Shown here in pieces: positions 1 through 9,534 of a stretch of DNA of 53,890 nucleotides. How positions within the stretch are numbered: the first letter of the stretch is position 1; every line of letters begins with the position of its first letter. This stretch comes from a virus, in UHGV virus genome UHGV-0213406. One strand, given 5' to 3'. Made by a program: the position numbers and the translations under genes. The notes beneath the pieces were generated by a model. The model made no database searches and was not told where the DNA came from. It was given only the letters and a program-made list of their open reading frames with translations.

Positions 1-1461
1 ATGTACGACAGAATCCTAACGAGAAACAATAAGTTTTTCAGAGATATCGTAGAAGGAGAATATGGTCGCAGAGTATTGTATACAGATGTAGAAGAAATCA
101 CCAACGAAAACATCTTACAGGTTATAAGTAAGTGCGTTGGTGATTTTTATTGGAACAGAATGGTAATCAATTATCTCTGGCATTACTACAAGGGTGACCA
201 GCCAATTTTATATCGAACAAAAGTGTCAAGAGACGACATTATCAATAAAGTTGTGGAAAATCACGCTTATGAGTTCGTCCAATTTAAGACCGGGCAGACC
301 TACGGAGAACCAGTACAGTGCGTAAGCCGCAAGGATGATGAAAATATCAACCGGTCTGTCGATGAATTAAATGATTACTTACAGGATGCTGATAAGCACA
401 CGAAGGACATTAAGTCTGGCGAGTGGCAGTCAGCGACAGGAACATCGTTTAAAGCAGCACAGATTGTCAAAGGTGCAGATATTCCGTTCCGGATTGTTTC
501 CCCGTCACCGCTTAATACCTACATTATCTATTCCAGAATCACGGAAGAGCCAATGCTTGCGGTACAGGAGCTTAGAGACGAAAGCGGAAAGCCTTATAGT
601 AGATGTTTCACATCGACACATCAGTGTGACATCAAAGCTGGGAAAGTGATGGACTGGGAATTACACGCCTATGGCAGTATCCCGATTGTAGAATATCCAA
701 ACAATCATGAAAGAGTATCGGATATTGAGCTTGCAATAGAAATCCTTGATGCCATTAACAATATGCAGTCAAACAGAATGGACGGAGTAGAACAGTTCGT
801 ACAGTCGTGGGTAAAATTCGTGAACTGTTCCATTGATGAAGAAACATTCCAGAAGATGAAAACCAATGGAGCATTGGTTGTGAAGTCAAACAACGGTGAG
901 AACAAAGCTGATGTTGACATTATGACACAGGAGCTTAACCAGACAGAATCACAGGTTGCCAAGCAAGATTTATTGGACAATGCTCTAACGATTCTTGCTA
1001 TTCCGAACAAGCAGGGCAACACGGGCGGTGACAGCCAAGGCGCTGTAGAGCTTCGTAACGGATGGGATTTCAGCAAGACACGAGCAAAACTGAAGGACCC
1101 GCTTGTGAAATCAAGCGAGAAACGTCTGATCTCGGTTGTTCTTAACATCTTAAGAATCTATAAGGAAGACTTAAAGCTTACCTTGCGAGACTTTGATGTA
1201 CAGATTAACCACAGCCCTACTGACAATATGGTAGTGAAATGCCAGTCACTACAGTACTTGCTAGAGTGCGGTATCCACCCACTTGTAGCAATTCGCACTG
1301 TAGGCTTATGGGGTGACGCTGAGAAAGTATTTCTCCTGTCAAAGCCGTATCTCGACACCAAGTATCAGACAATCGAAGAGCAACAGGAGCAACAGGCAAG
1401 GCAGCTTCTTGATGACTTCCAGAAAAAGACTGGGGGTATAGGAGATGAAGGCGACTTATAG
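1..1461 (+). CDS. Portal protein (SPP1 Gp6-like)
   Basis: 486 aa; YYKGDQPI, IPIVEYPNN..R.SD.E, IDA.N..QS motifs; follows terL across the circular junction. Confidence 0.92.
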   Translation: MYDRILTRNNKFFRDIVEGEYGRRVLYTDVEEITNENILQVISKCVGDFYWNRMVINYLWHYYKGDQPILYRTKVSRDDIINKVVENHAYEFVQFKTGQTYGEPVQCVSRKDDENINRSVDELNDYLQDADKHTKDIKSGEWQSATGTSFKAAQIVKGADIPFRIVSPSPLNTYIIYSRITEEPMLAVQELRDESGKPYSRCFTSTHQCDIKAGKVMDWELHAYGSIPIVEYPNNHERVSDIELAIEILDAINNMQSNRMDGVEQFVQSWVKFVNCSIDEETFQKMKTNGALVVKSNNGENKADVDIMTQELNQTESQVAKQDLLDNALTILAIPNKQGNTGGDSQGAVELRNGWDFSKTRAKLKDPLVKSSEKRLISVVLNILRIYKEDLKLTLRDFDVQINHSPTDNMVVKCQSLQYLLECGIHPLVAIRTVGLWGDAEKVFLLSKPYLDTKYQTIEEQQEQQARQLLDDFQKKTGGIGDEGDL

Positions 1462-1747
1462 AACAATACAGGACGGGCAGGTATATGAAGCCGGTGAAGT
1501 AATACCATATATGGGGTCTATCGTATGTACAAAGATACGAAGTGGAGGGCGTGTAAGGGAATACACGTTTCTTTCGGAAGACTTTACATACCTACCTAAA
1601 TACGATTCTCTTGAAAGTGGCAGTAAGGCATATGCAACAGATACAGATGCAACCTATATCTATGATGTGTCTACGAAAAGCTGGCTAACAAGGGAAGAGT
1701 TATTTCCAATAACAATGGACGAATTAGACGAGATTTGTGAGGTGTAA
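1445..1747 (+). CDS. Small virion (head-fibre adaptor-like) protein
   Basis: Overlaps portal stop; N-terminal G.vY..GEvIP motif also seen in ORF 5536; C-terminal ITMDELDEIC motif. Confidence 0.6.
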   Translation: MKATYRTIQDGQVYEAGEVIPYMGSIVCTKIRSGGRVREYTFLSEDFTYLPKYDSLESGSKAYATDTDATYIYDVSTKSWLTREELFPITMDELDEICEV

Positions 1748-1749
1748 TT

Positions 1750-2838
1750 ATGGCATATCTTGATAAAGATGGCGTAAGGAAACTATGGTCGAAGATTATA
1801 GCATTATTCAATAAAGGGGTTACAGATATTTCCATCACTGGGAAAACTGTGACAATCACAAAAGGAGATGGAAGCAAAAGCACGCAAACCACAAAAGATA
1901 CGGAATATAGTGTATTTGGGGGAGCAACAAATTCGGCTGATGGAAGCAACGGTCTTGTACCAGCTCCAAAAAGTGGAAAACAAGACAGTTTCCTTAAAGG
2001 TGATGGTACTTGGGGAACACCAGAAAACACAAAATACAATGTTGTAAGCAAAACAGCTGCAGGACTTGCGCCACAACTTCCAAATGAAACGAGTACAACG
2101 AAGTACTTAAGACAGGACGGCACATGGGCGGTACCACCAAACCAAACTTACAATAAAGCAACACCGTCTTCTGATGGATTAATGGCAAAAGAAGACAAAA
2201 CAAAATTAGATGGCATTGAAGAAGGTGCTCAGAAGAACGTAGCTGCTTATTCTAATGTTGATGTAGACCACGGTTCAAATGGAACGACTGGGGCAATTAA
2301 TATACAGGATACATTGTCATTATTATCTGGTGATAATGTTAAGGTTGAGGTTGTTGTTGACAGTAGTGGTGGCGGTGATGGAAACAGTATTAAGTTTTCA
2401 GCTAAAGACACAACCTACAACGATGCAACACAAAGCTCACATGGTCTCATGACTGCTTCTGATAAAACGAAGCTTGATGGCTTGCCGAGCATGACAGAGT
2501 TAGAAAGTAACTTTTTAAGAAAGACAACTGCTTCTTCCACTTTTCTTTCGAAAGCAGATGCGTCTAGCACTTATTTGACACAGACCGCTGCAAACAATAC
2601 CTATGCTAAAAAGTCAGATATAACCAATATGTATGTATATAAAGGTTCAGTCGCAGATGCGTCAAAACTTCCAAAAACAGGACAGCAAGTTGGCTGGGTA
2701 TACAACATCGAGTCAGCCAGTGTTTATGGTGGCGCAGGAATGAATGTAGCATGGAACGGTACAGCATGGGATCCACTCGGTGAAATCTTTACAATCACAG
2801 CGATCACGAACGAAGAGCTTGATGAGATATGCGTATAA
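1750..2838 (+). CDS. Fibre protein (head/collar fibre-like) with GLM...DK.KLDG repeats
   Basis: Thr/Gly/Ser-rich; repeats GLMAKEDKTKLDG / GLMTASDKTKLDG and LKGDGTW / LRQDGTW typical of gut-phage fibres. Confidence 0.7.
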   Translation: MAYLDKDGVRKLWSKIIALFNKGVTDISITGKTVTITKGDGSKSTQTTKDTEYSVFGGATNSADGSNGLVPAPKSGKQDSFLKGDGTWGTPENTKYNVVSKTAAGLAPQLPNETSTTKYLRQDGTWAVPPNQTYNKATPSSDGLMAKEDKTKLDGIEEGAQKNVAAYSNVDVDHGSNGTTGAINIQDTLSLLSGDNVKVEVVVDSSGGGDGNSIKFSAKDTTYNDATQSSHGLMTASDKTKLDGLPSMTELESNFLRKTTASSTFLSKADASSTYLTQTAANNTYAKKSDITNMYVYKGSVADASKLPKTGQQVGWVYNIESASVYGGAGMNVAWNGTAWDPLGEIFTITAITNEELDEICV

Positions 2839-2850
2839 GGTGGTGATCTT

Positions 2851-3390
2851 ATGGGCTTTTTAAATAACGAAGGAGCCAGTACATTATGGGCGAAAATGAA
2901 AGCATACGTTGATGCTCATAGTTCTGGTGGACTGACACTTGACAAAGTATATCCGATAGGTAGTGTTTATATATCGGCTAACGGGGCAAATCCGAATGCC
3001 ATAATTGGTGGCACATGGGAAGAATTTGCAACTGGGAGAACATTGATAGGTTATGACCCATCTGATGATGATTTAACGGAAACTGGAATGACAGGTGGCG
3101 AAAAGACACATGCTCTTACTGTGGAAGAAATGCCATCACATAATCATAGTGCTTCAACTGGTGGTGCAGGTAAACACAAGCACACAGTTGGTTATAGAAA
3201 AAGGCAAGATGCATATGGAAAAGGAACACTTGATGCAATGCACTGGATTACAGGAACAGCTTCAACAATAGAGACAAGTGAGGTTGCAAATCATTCCCAC
3301 ACAGTAACAGTTGAAAGTACAGGTTCTGGAATGGCGCACAACAACATGATGCCATATATCACGGTGAGAATGTGGAAGCGTACAGCATAA
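2851..3390 (+). CDS. Fibre tip protein (Gp10-C/collar-like domain with His-rich tip)
   Basis: YPIGSVYIS..NP...GGTWE...GRTLIG, GGEKTHALTVEEMPSHNH, HNNMMPYITV..WKRTA motifs. Confidence 0.75.
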   Translation: MGFLNNEGASTLWAKMKAYVDAHSSGGLTLDKVYPIGSVYISANGANPNAIIGGTWEEFATGRTLIGYDPSDDDLTETGMTGGEKTHALTVEEMPSHNHSASTGGAGKHKHTVGYRKRQDAYGKGTLDAMHWITGTASTIETSEVANHSHTVTVESTGSGMAHNNMMPYITVRMWKRTA

Positions 3391-3406
3391 TTAAATATTT
3401 GATAGT

Positions 3407-3440
3407 GAAAGCAATCGTAGAAATACGGTTGCTTTTTCTT
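3407..3440 (+). terminator. Intrinsic terminator after fibre genes
   Basis: AAAGCAATCGTA-GAAA-TACGGTTGCTTT stem followed by T-rich tail. Confidence 0.7.
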
Positions 3441-3529
3441 ATACATTGCACCCATGCGTTAAATGGGAAAAGTAAAAATCCAAGCTGATAGAACAGCGAC
3501 AACAAATGTAGATAACGGAGGTAATCAAT

Positions 3530-4069
3530 ATGACAAGAGAAGAAGCAAAACAGAACTTACAGGCACTGGGGATTGAAGAACCATCAGAAGCACAGGTTAC
3601 AAACTATCTGAATCAGTTCCATTCAAGCAAACCAGAGCCAAAGCCAAACAACGAGCCGAAACCGAATAAAGAGCCGAAACCAGAGCCGGATGGCGAAATT
3701 GCAAAGTTGCAGGAAAAGATTGCACAGCTTGAGAAAGAGAGTGCAAGAAAAGACATCCGTGCATATGCGGCTGAAAAAGGAATTACAGGCGAGAAAGTAG
3801 AAAATGTCCTGTCTGTATTCCTTGATGATGTGGAAAAGGCAAAGACAGCTATCGATTCATTGTCTGAGATTATCGCAGATAGAGAAACAACTGCCGCAAA
3901 GAACAAGGAGAAAGAGATTGCCGATGGCACAAAGAGTCCGGGCGGTGGTGATCCAAAACCAAAGGGTGATGAAGAAAGGACAGAAGCTGAGAAGACCGCA
4001 GAGTCTATCGGTAAGTCTATGGCTGAATCATCTAAAGCAAGCAAGGCTGTATTAGACAGCTATCTGTAG
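3530..4069 (+). CDS. Capsid scaffolding protein
   Basis: Charged, helical; PEPKP repeats; C-terminal PGGG; precedes decoration and capsid genes. Confidence 0.8.
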   Translation: MTREEAKQNLQALGIEEPSEAQVTNYLNQFHSSKPEPKPNNEPKPNKEPKPEPDGEIAKLQEKIAQLEKESARKDIRAYAAEKGITGEKVENVLSVFLDDVEKAKTAIDSLSEIIADRETTAAKNKEKEIADGTKSPGGGDPKPKGDEERTEAEKTAESIGKSMAESSKASKAVLDSYL

Positions 4070-4084
4070 TAGGAGGTATAACCG

Positions 4085-4444
4085 ATGAAATTTACAGAAT
4101 CAAGCGTATCAACGCAGAAAGAAATCCTCAAGAGAAAGCTTGGCGGTGAACTCTTTGAGGAAATTACACTTGACGCTTCTGCTTTCACTAATGGCGTATG
4201 CAAAGCGGGAAACCCAATTGACGCAAACGGCAAAGCAGTAAACGGAAGAACAACAGGGGATTCCGGTGGGACAACTGATGCCGCACCAGTTGGAATCTTG
4301 CTTAGTGATGTATATGAGGGTAATCCGAACGGAACAATCGTCAAAGCGTTCGCATGTGTAAACGAAGCAAATGCAAATGCAAATGCAAACATCACGATCG
4401 CAGACAGTGTAAAGACAGCATTAAACCTTATTGTTTTTGAATAG
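4085..4444 (+). CDS. Head decoration protein
   Basis: 119 aa; KAGNPI and GILLSDV motifs; between scaffold and major capsid protein. Confidence 0.75.
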   Translation: MKFTESSVSTQKEILKRKLGGELFEEITLDASAFTNGVCKAGNPIDANGKAVNGRTTGDSGGTTDAAPVGILLSDVYEGNPNGTIVKAFACVNEANANANANITIADSVKTALNLIVFE

Positions 4445-4456
4445 GAGGAAAAGAGC

Positions 4457-5524
4457 ATGAATCTTAGAGACGCATATAGCGCAGAAGCAATCGCTCTTGT
4501 GCATACAGAAGCGGCAAGCAATAAACAGGCGTACTTAGGTGCCGGATTATTCCCGCCTAAAAAGAAAATGGGACTTGACCTTAAGTGGATTAAGACACAC
4601 AAAGGACTTCCAGTATCTATCGCACCATCAAACTTTGATGCCGTATCAACAATCAGAAGCCGTGAGGGCTTTAAAATGACTGAAACGGAAATGGCTTTCT
4701 TCCGTGAGTCTATGCTTGTAAAAGAGTCAGATGAACAGGAAATCATGAGAGCAAAGGATTCCACAGACCCGTATGCAGCAGAAGTCCTTGAAAGACTTTT
4801 TGACGATACTACAACACTTGTAGACGGTGCAAATGTTGTACCAGAACGTATGATTATGCAGTTGTTAGCACCAACAGATGGCTCTCCAAAAATTTCTATC
4901 CAGGCAAACGGTGTAACTTATTCTTACAACTACGACCCAAGCGGAGAGTACAAACAGAACAACTTTGCAACACTCTCTACAGATACAGACAAGTGGAGCG
5001 ACACAGAACACAGTGACCCGTTAAACGATGTAGCGAAAGCTCTTGATACAGTAGAAGCAAATACCGGAGAAAGACCGGAGATCATGATTGTGTCAAGAAA
5101 GACAATGGACTATCTGAAAAAGAACAAGACAATCCAGAGTGCTATCCTTGCACAGAACGCAACAGCAAACATTTTCATGACAGATGCAAGAGTCAAAGAT
5201 GTATTTTCAACTGAACTTGACGTGAAAATCGTTGTGTACTCTAAGCAGTATAAGAATGAAAGTGGCGTAGCTGCTAAATTCTATCCAGACGGACTTGCAA
5301 CTCTTGTACCAAATGGCGCTCTTGGAAACACTTGGTATGGAACTACACCAGAGGAAAGAACATTGATGGGAAAACCAGAAGCGGATGTATCTATTGTCAA
5401 CACTGGTGTTGCCGTATCCGTAACAACGTCCGAAGACCCGGTACAGACAAAGACTACCGTATCTGAGATCGTACTTCCGTCTTATGAAAGAATGGACAGC
5501 ACATACGTTATCAAGTGTTACTAG
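4457..5524 (+). CDS. Major capsid protein (lambda E / Phage_cap_E family)
   Basis: 355 aa; LFP..K..GL.L.WIK, FFRES, G.TWYGTTPEE motifs. Confidence 0.9.
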   Translation: MNLRDAYSAEAIALVHTEAASNKQAYLGAGLFPPKKKMGLDLKWIKTHKGLPVSIAPSNFDAVSTIRSREGFKMTETEMAFFRESMLVKESDEQEIMRAKDSTDPYAAEVLERLFDDTTTLVDGANVVPERMIMQLLAPTDGSPKISIQANGVTYSYNYDPSGEYKQNNFATLSTDTDKWSDTEHSDPLNDVAKALDTVEANTGERPEIMIVSRKTMDYLKKNKTIQSAILAQNATANIFMTDARVKDVFSTELDVKIVVYSKQYKNESGVAAKFYPDGLATLVPNGALGNTWYGTTPEERTLMGKPEADVSIVNTGVAVSVTTSEDPVQTKTTVSEIVLPSYERMDSTYVIKCY

Positions 5525-5535
5525 GAGGTTATATT

Positions 5536-5775
5536 ATGGTAGCAGAATGTATGACAAAGCATAAAGGCATTTGGTATCTTCCGGGAGAGATTATCCCGGA
5601 AGAGCCAGCAATGGAAGAACAGCCGGATGATGAACCAGTGTATACAAAGACAGCGATTAAGAGAATGCCTATTGATGAGCTTAAGAAACTGGCAAGCGAA
5701 AAAGGCATTGAAGACGCTGAAAACGCAACCGGTGAACAGTTAAAGGATGCATTGATCGCAATGATGGGACTGTAG
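5536..5775 (+). CDS. Small head-associated protein with HeH/Rho-N-like C-terminus
   Basis: M...ELKKLA.EKGI....TG.QLK..LI pattern; directly after MCP; GGAGG RBS. Confidence 0.6.
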   Translation: MVAECMTKHKGIWYLPGEIIPEEPAMEEQPDDEPVYTKTAIKRMPIDELKKLASEKGIEDAENATGEQLKDALIAMMGL

Positions 5776-5785
5776 GAGGAAGAGT

Positions 5786-6121
5786 ATGATAGCGGAATCA
5801 ATCAAGAAGAAAGCAACTGAATATTTCGACACGATACCAGAGCTGAAAGGTGAAGAACCATCTGCATTGCTGATTGATTTTGTTATCGAGAAGTATAAGC
5901 AGCAGAGGAATTTTCCACCACATTTCACAGAAACGCAGATTGAGAAAGATATGGAAGACCATCTTTCCACACTCGCTATGGCTGTGGTGGACTTAAAAGC
6001 GAAAGAAGGAGCAGAGGGAGAGACAACACACGGTGAAAACTCAACTTCACGCTCTTACGAAAACGCTTATATTTCTCTCTCGGTATTTAATGACATATTG
6101 CCTTATGTTCATACCTTTTAA
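5786..6121 (+). CDS. Head-tail adaptor/connector
   Basis: K.GAEGE..H.EN..SRSY motif; position after capsid genes. Confidence 0.8.
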   Translation: MIAESIKKKATEYFDTIPELKGEEPSALLIDFVIEKYKQQRNFPPHFTETQIEKDMEDHLSTLAMAVVDLKAKEGAEGETTHGENSTSRSYENAYISLSVFNDILPYVHTF

Positions 6122-6126
6122 GAAGA

Positions 6127-6200
6127 ATGTGCGTGGTTGTGGACATCTACAGCCGCAGGGCGCTCACTGTTGTGGTGGAGGGCGAGTGGGCAACTATTAA
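6127..6200 (+). promoter_or_regulatory. GC-rich two-hairpin intergenic element upstream of holin genes
   Basis: GGTTGTGGA/TCTACAGCC and GCTCACT/AGTGGGC stems in an AT-rich genome. Confidence 0.45.
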
Positions 6201-6216
6201 GAAAGGTGGTAATGCC

Positions 6217-6546
6217 ATGACTATACAGATTTCACTGGCTATTGTTGTGAGTATTATATCGCTTTGCTTTTCTGCGTATTTTGGATTGCGTAACAACAAA
6301 CGTTCCGACACAAAAGACTTAGAGGAAAGAGTCAAAAGTGATACAAGAATCAATATGAAGCTGGACAACATATCAGTTGCTGTAGCAGATGTAAAGAAAG
6401 AAGTTGCTTCTATGAGAGAAGATATTGCATCGCATAACGGGAGACTAATTAAATTGGAAGCAAGTGTCAAGAGCGCACATCACAGAATTGATTTTATGGA
6501 AAAGTGCTCTGGTATTGACACAAGAGAGAGATCAAGGGAGGAATGA
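6217..6546 (+). CDS. Membrane protein with coiled coil (holin-associated, XhlA-like)
   Basis: N-terminal TM helix, then heptads ending ...SVKSAHHRID; RBS GAAAGGTGG. Confidence 0.65.
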   Translation: MTIQISLAIVVSIISLCFSAYFGLRNNKRSDTKDLEERVKSDTRINMKLDNISVAVADVKKEVASMREDIASHNGRLIKLEASVKSAHHRIDFMEKCSGIDTRERSREE

Positions 6547-6767
6547 TTATGAGAGATTGGAAAAACTGGGGAAAATGTGCGTTTGTAAGAGCGACAAAGA
6601 CCGTAGCACAGACTCTTGTCGGCGTGATTGGTGCAAGCACCGTACTTGAGGGAGTTGACTGGCGTGTTGCGGTATCTTCTGCCGTTCTTGCCGGAGTCGT
6701 GTCCTTGCTGACAAGCATTGCGGGACTGCCGGAGGTGGAAAACAATGCGGACATTAAACCGGAATAA
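6543..6767 (+). CDS. Holin (r1t family)
   Basis: W.K.A.VRA.KTVAQT, VDW....S...LAGVVSLLTSIAGLPEV motifs. Confidence 0.88.
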   Translation: MIMRDWKNWGKCAFVRATKTVAQTLVGVIGASTVLEGVDWRVAVSSAVLAGVVSLLTSIAGLPEVENNADIKPE

Positions 6768-7188
6768 GCAGAAAATGAAGTATTCCATGCAAACAGATTC
6801 CGTCCCTGTCTATGATACAGACGATGAGGGGAATATCAAATACATGGAAATAGATGGAGAAATGCATCCAATCTATACAGGGGAGTATCAGCCTGGGTAT
6901 ACAGAACCGGTTGATTTCCGGTCTAATATTGCATCTACTCTTACAGAAGCTTATGTAAAGGCTTTTGGTGTAGACGATGCTTCGGACAAGGCTGTGATCG
7001 TCACGGATAAGGGAGCATATCCGTGGGTATCCGGAACAAGGATATGGCGAAAACGTGAAGTAGCATATACTGGTGGGCACGTAGACGGCGATTCCGCTGA
7101 TTACGAAGTTGTAGCAACAAATGACGAGTCATTGAACGAAGACAGCTATCTTCTAAAAAAACTCGTTCACGAGGGTAGAAATGGGTAA
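6745..7188 (+). CDS. Head closure / neck protein
   Basis: MRTL.RNKQKM.Y start and ADYEVV motif; neck module position. Confidence 0.65.
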   Translation: MRTLNRNKQKMKYSMQTDSVPVYDTDDEGNIKYMEIDGEMHPIYTGEYQPGYTEPVDFRSNIASTLTEAYVKAFGVDDASDKAVIVTDKGAYPWVSGTRIWRKREVAYTGGHVDGDSADYEVVATNDESLNEDSYLLKKLVHEGRNG

Positions 7189-7717
7189 GAAAGTAATATC
7201 ATTTGGACTGTCACAAAAGAGTATCAAAGAAGCAATCAGACAGATAGAAGAATACAAGGAAGAACTGAACCAAAAGATAGTTGAGTTCACAGAAGCACTT
7301 GCAAAAAAAGGTGAATTGGTTGCTTTAAGCAAGATAGAAGAATCTCCGCTTGGAAGAAAAACGATCACGCTAAGGAGCGAGACTACACAGGAAGATGCCG
7401 GATGCAAGGTAATTATTGTGGCAACTGGCAAAACGTTCTCCAGTGAAGATTATCCGTCATTCAACACACTTCTTGCTGTTGAGTTTGGCGCAGGTATTCA
7501 CCATAATCCAGAGCCGAATCCAAAAGCAAATGAGATGGGTTACGGAGTCGGCACATTTCCAGGACAGACACATGCATTTGAGGATGGATGGTACTATCTT
7601 GGAGAAGACGATAAATGGCATTATACGCACGGTGTCAAAGCAACAATGCCAATGTATAGTGCGACTGTTGAGATTGCTAATAAGATACAAGAAACAGCAA
7701 AAGAGGTGTTTGGATAA
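7181..7717 (+). CDS. Neck/tail completion protein (HK97 gp10-like)
   Basis: VEFGAG, GWYY...WHYTHG..ATMPMY motifs. Confidence 0.7.
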   Translation: MGKKVISFGLSQKSIKEAIRQIEEYKEELNQKIVEFTEALAKKGELVALSKIEESPLGRKTITLRSETTQEDAGCKVIIVATGKTFSSEDYPSFNTLLAVEFGAGIHHNPEPNPKANEMGYGVGTFPGQTHAFEDGWYYLGEDDKWHYTHGVKATMPMYSATVEIANKIQETAKEVFG

Positions 7718-8127
7718 TGGATAATTCATGGGTTTTTGACTTAGAAACAAAGCTATTGTCGCTTATAAAAGTAAAGACGGAAAGTATATTAAAAAAGAAA
7801 TATCCGGATATCTTTTACACAAACACGGATAGCCCAAAGGATGTAAGTACTCATTTTCCCACGGTCTATGTTCACGAACTGCCCGGTGTAGAAAAAGCAA
7901 AGACAACAGAGGGTAATAGCATAGAAAGTGTATTCTATTCGCTACAGGTAGAAGTCACTTCGCAAAAATCACAAAAAGAAACAAAGTATGTGTTGTCCAG
8001 AATCGCAGAAGTACTGAAAGATTCGGGATTTTCCATATCTTCCTTTCCAGAAGCGAGCAACGGTAAGACATATTACAGAAGTATTATGCGAGCAAGCCGA
8101 TTGATAGGAAGAACTGAAACATTGTAA
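7717..8127 (+). CDS. Tail terminator protein
   Basis: FPTVYVHELPG.E motif; immediately before major tail protein. Confidence 0.7.
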   Translation: MDNSWVFDLETKLLSLIKVKTESILKKKYPDIFYTNTDSPKDVSTHFPTVYVHELPGVEKAKTTEGNSIESVFYSLQVEVTSQKSQKETKYVLSRIAEVLKDSGFSISSFPEASNGKTYYRSIMRASRLIGRTETL

Positions 8128-8173
8128 CCAGAGAGTCTATACAGGCTCTTTTTTTATTGCAGGAGGTAATAAC

Positions 8174-8659
8174 ATGGCTTCAACAAGTTATAAAGCGAGA
8201 GTTATCATCAAGGAGCATACAGGTTCTGATAACGTTGTAACCGTAGCCGGAAAGTATAAACTGCTTATGGCTGCTAAATCTATTCCAGCACCGGCAAGCG
8301 CACCGAACACGGTAGAATCTACCACAATGGAAGATGATACACAGCGTTTTGAGATGGGTATTAAAACATCCGACTCAAAAGAGGTTACAGGAAACCTTGA
8401 AAAAGAGTATCTGGATGCTATTGAAAAGCTGAACGGTAAACGTTGCGACATCATCCAGTTATATGGAACAGACGGACTGGGTGGAGTAGCAAAATACGCT
8501 TATGTTGGTCAGGTAGTCGCTACGCCGTCAGATGTTGGTGGTGTAGATGAAATTCTCGAAATGACAGCAACAATTATTCCGAACAGTGCAGCAGTAAGAC
8601 TGGCTGATACTGTTACAGTTACAGAAAGCGCAGGAGAGTTCACTGTAGCGGAGGGGTAG
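8174..8659 (+). CDS. Major tail (tube) protein
   Basis: 161 aa; PNTVESTT.ED....E.GI motif; strong RBS; precedes chaperones and tape measure. Confidence 0.85.
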   Translation: MASTSYKARVIIKEHTGSDNVVTVAGKYKLLMAAKSIPAPASAPNTVESTTMEDDTQRFEMGIKTSDSKEVTGNLEKEYLDAIEKLNGKRCDIIQLYGTDGLGGVAKYAYVGQVVATPSDVGGVDEILEMTATIIPNSAAVRLADTVTVTESAGEFTVAEG

Positions 8660-8732
8660 CAAGTTCCGTATCAGAACAGTCAGCGAGATCACGGAGCGCA
8701 AAATATGTAGCTGACGAAGATATTATTTAGAC

Positions 8733-8772
8733 GGAACGGGGCGCACTTCGGTGCGTCCCTTCCTTTTATTTT
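8733..8772 (+). terminator. Intrinsic terminator after major tail gene
   Basis: GGGGCGCAC-TTCG-GTGCGTCCC stem plus T tract. Confidence 0.75.
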
Positions 8773-8793
8773 TGAAAAAGGAAGGTAACGAAC

Positions 8794-9138
8794 ATGAAAA
8801 CAATTACATTAAATGGTAATGCATATACAGCACGTGAGTTTGATTTTAACCTTATCTGCGAATTAGAGGATATGGGAATCACAATGGAAACAATGGAAAG
8901 CAAGGGCATGAGCTTTATCCGTGCGTACCTTGCACTCTGTATTGGTACAAACAGAGCTGTTGCTGGACAGGAAATCAATGCTCACATTGTAAATGGCGGT
9001 AAATTAGAGGATATCCTCACTACTGCCGAAGAAATGATGGAAGAGTCCGATTTTTTTCGCAGTCTCAGCGAGGACGAGGAAGAGAATGCTCCGGAGGATG
9101 CGAAAGAGAAAACAGCAAAGGAAACGAAAACAAAATAA
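8794..9138 (+). CDS. Tail assembly chaperone (G-like)
   Basis: Between major tail and tape measure genes; contains T TTT TTT slippery heptamer at 9051-9057. Confidence 0.82.
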   Translation: MKTITLNGNAYTAREFDFNLICELEDMGITMETMESKGMSFIRAYLALCIGTNRAVAGQEINAHIVNGGKLEDILTTAEEMMEESDFFRSLSEDEEENAPEDAKEKTAKETKTK

Positions 9139-9530
9139 TTGATTATAAATCGAAAAGGGAACTGTTCGAGAGAGAATGGTTCCCTAAAGTTGCGTCTATG
9201 GGCGTTACACTGGATGAATTTTGGCATCTGAACCCACATAAAATCTCTGTAATATCTGACGGATATAACGAAAAGATAAAACAGGAAATGATAATCACAG
9301 ACCGACTCAATTGGATGATGGGGCAATATGTCCTATCAGCACTTACGGTCGTGATGGATGGGTTCTCAAAGAGTCCAAAAGCAAAGTATATTGAAAAGCC
9401 TATGCTGTCTAACGAAATTACGGACGAAGAACAGGAAGAGCTTGAAATGAAGAAAGAAATAGAAGCTATGGAAAGATGGATTTCCAACGACAAACAGAGA
9501 GGTCTTCCGCAGACAACTATAAGGTGGTGA
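9051..9530 (+). CDS. Tail assembly chaperone C-terminal part (GT-like, -1 frameshift product; first in-frame ATG at 9198)
   Basis: -1 frame read codon by codon is open from the heptamer through 9198 to the stop at 9530; FW.LNP motif. Confidence 0.72.
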   Translation, partial: FFSQSQRGRGRECSGGCERENSKGNENKIIDYKSKRELFEREWFPKVASMGVTLDEFWHLNPHKISVISDGYNEKIKQEMIITDRLNWMMGQYVLSALTVVMDGFSKSPKAKYIEKPMLSNEITDEEQEELEMKKEIEAMERWISNDKQRGLPQTTIRW

Positions 9531-9534
9531 TAGC

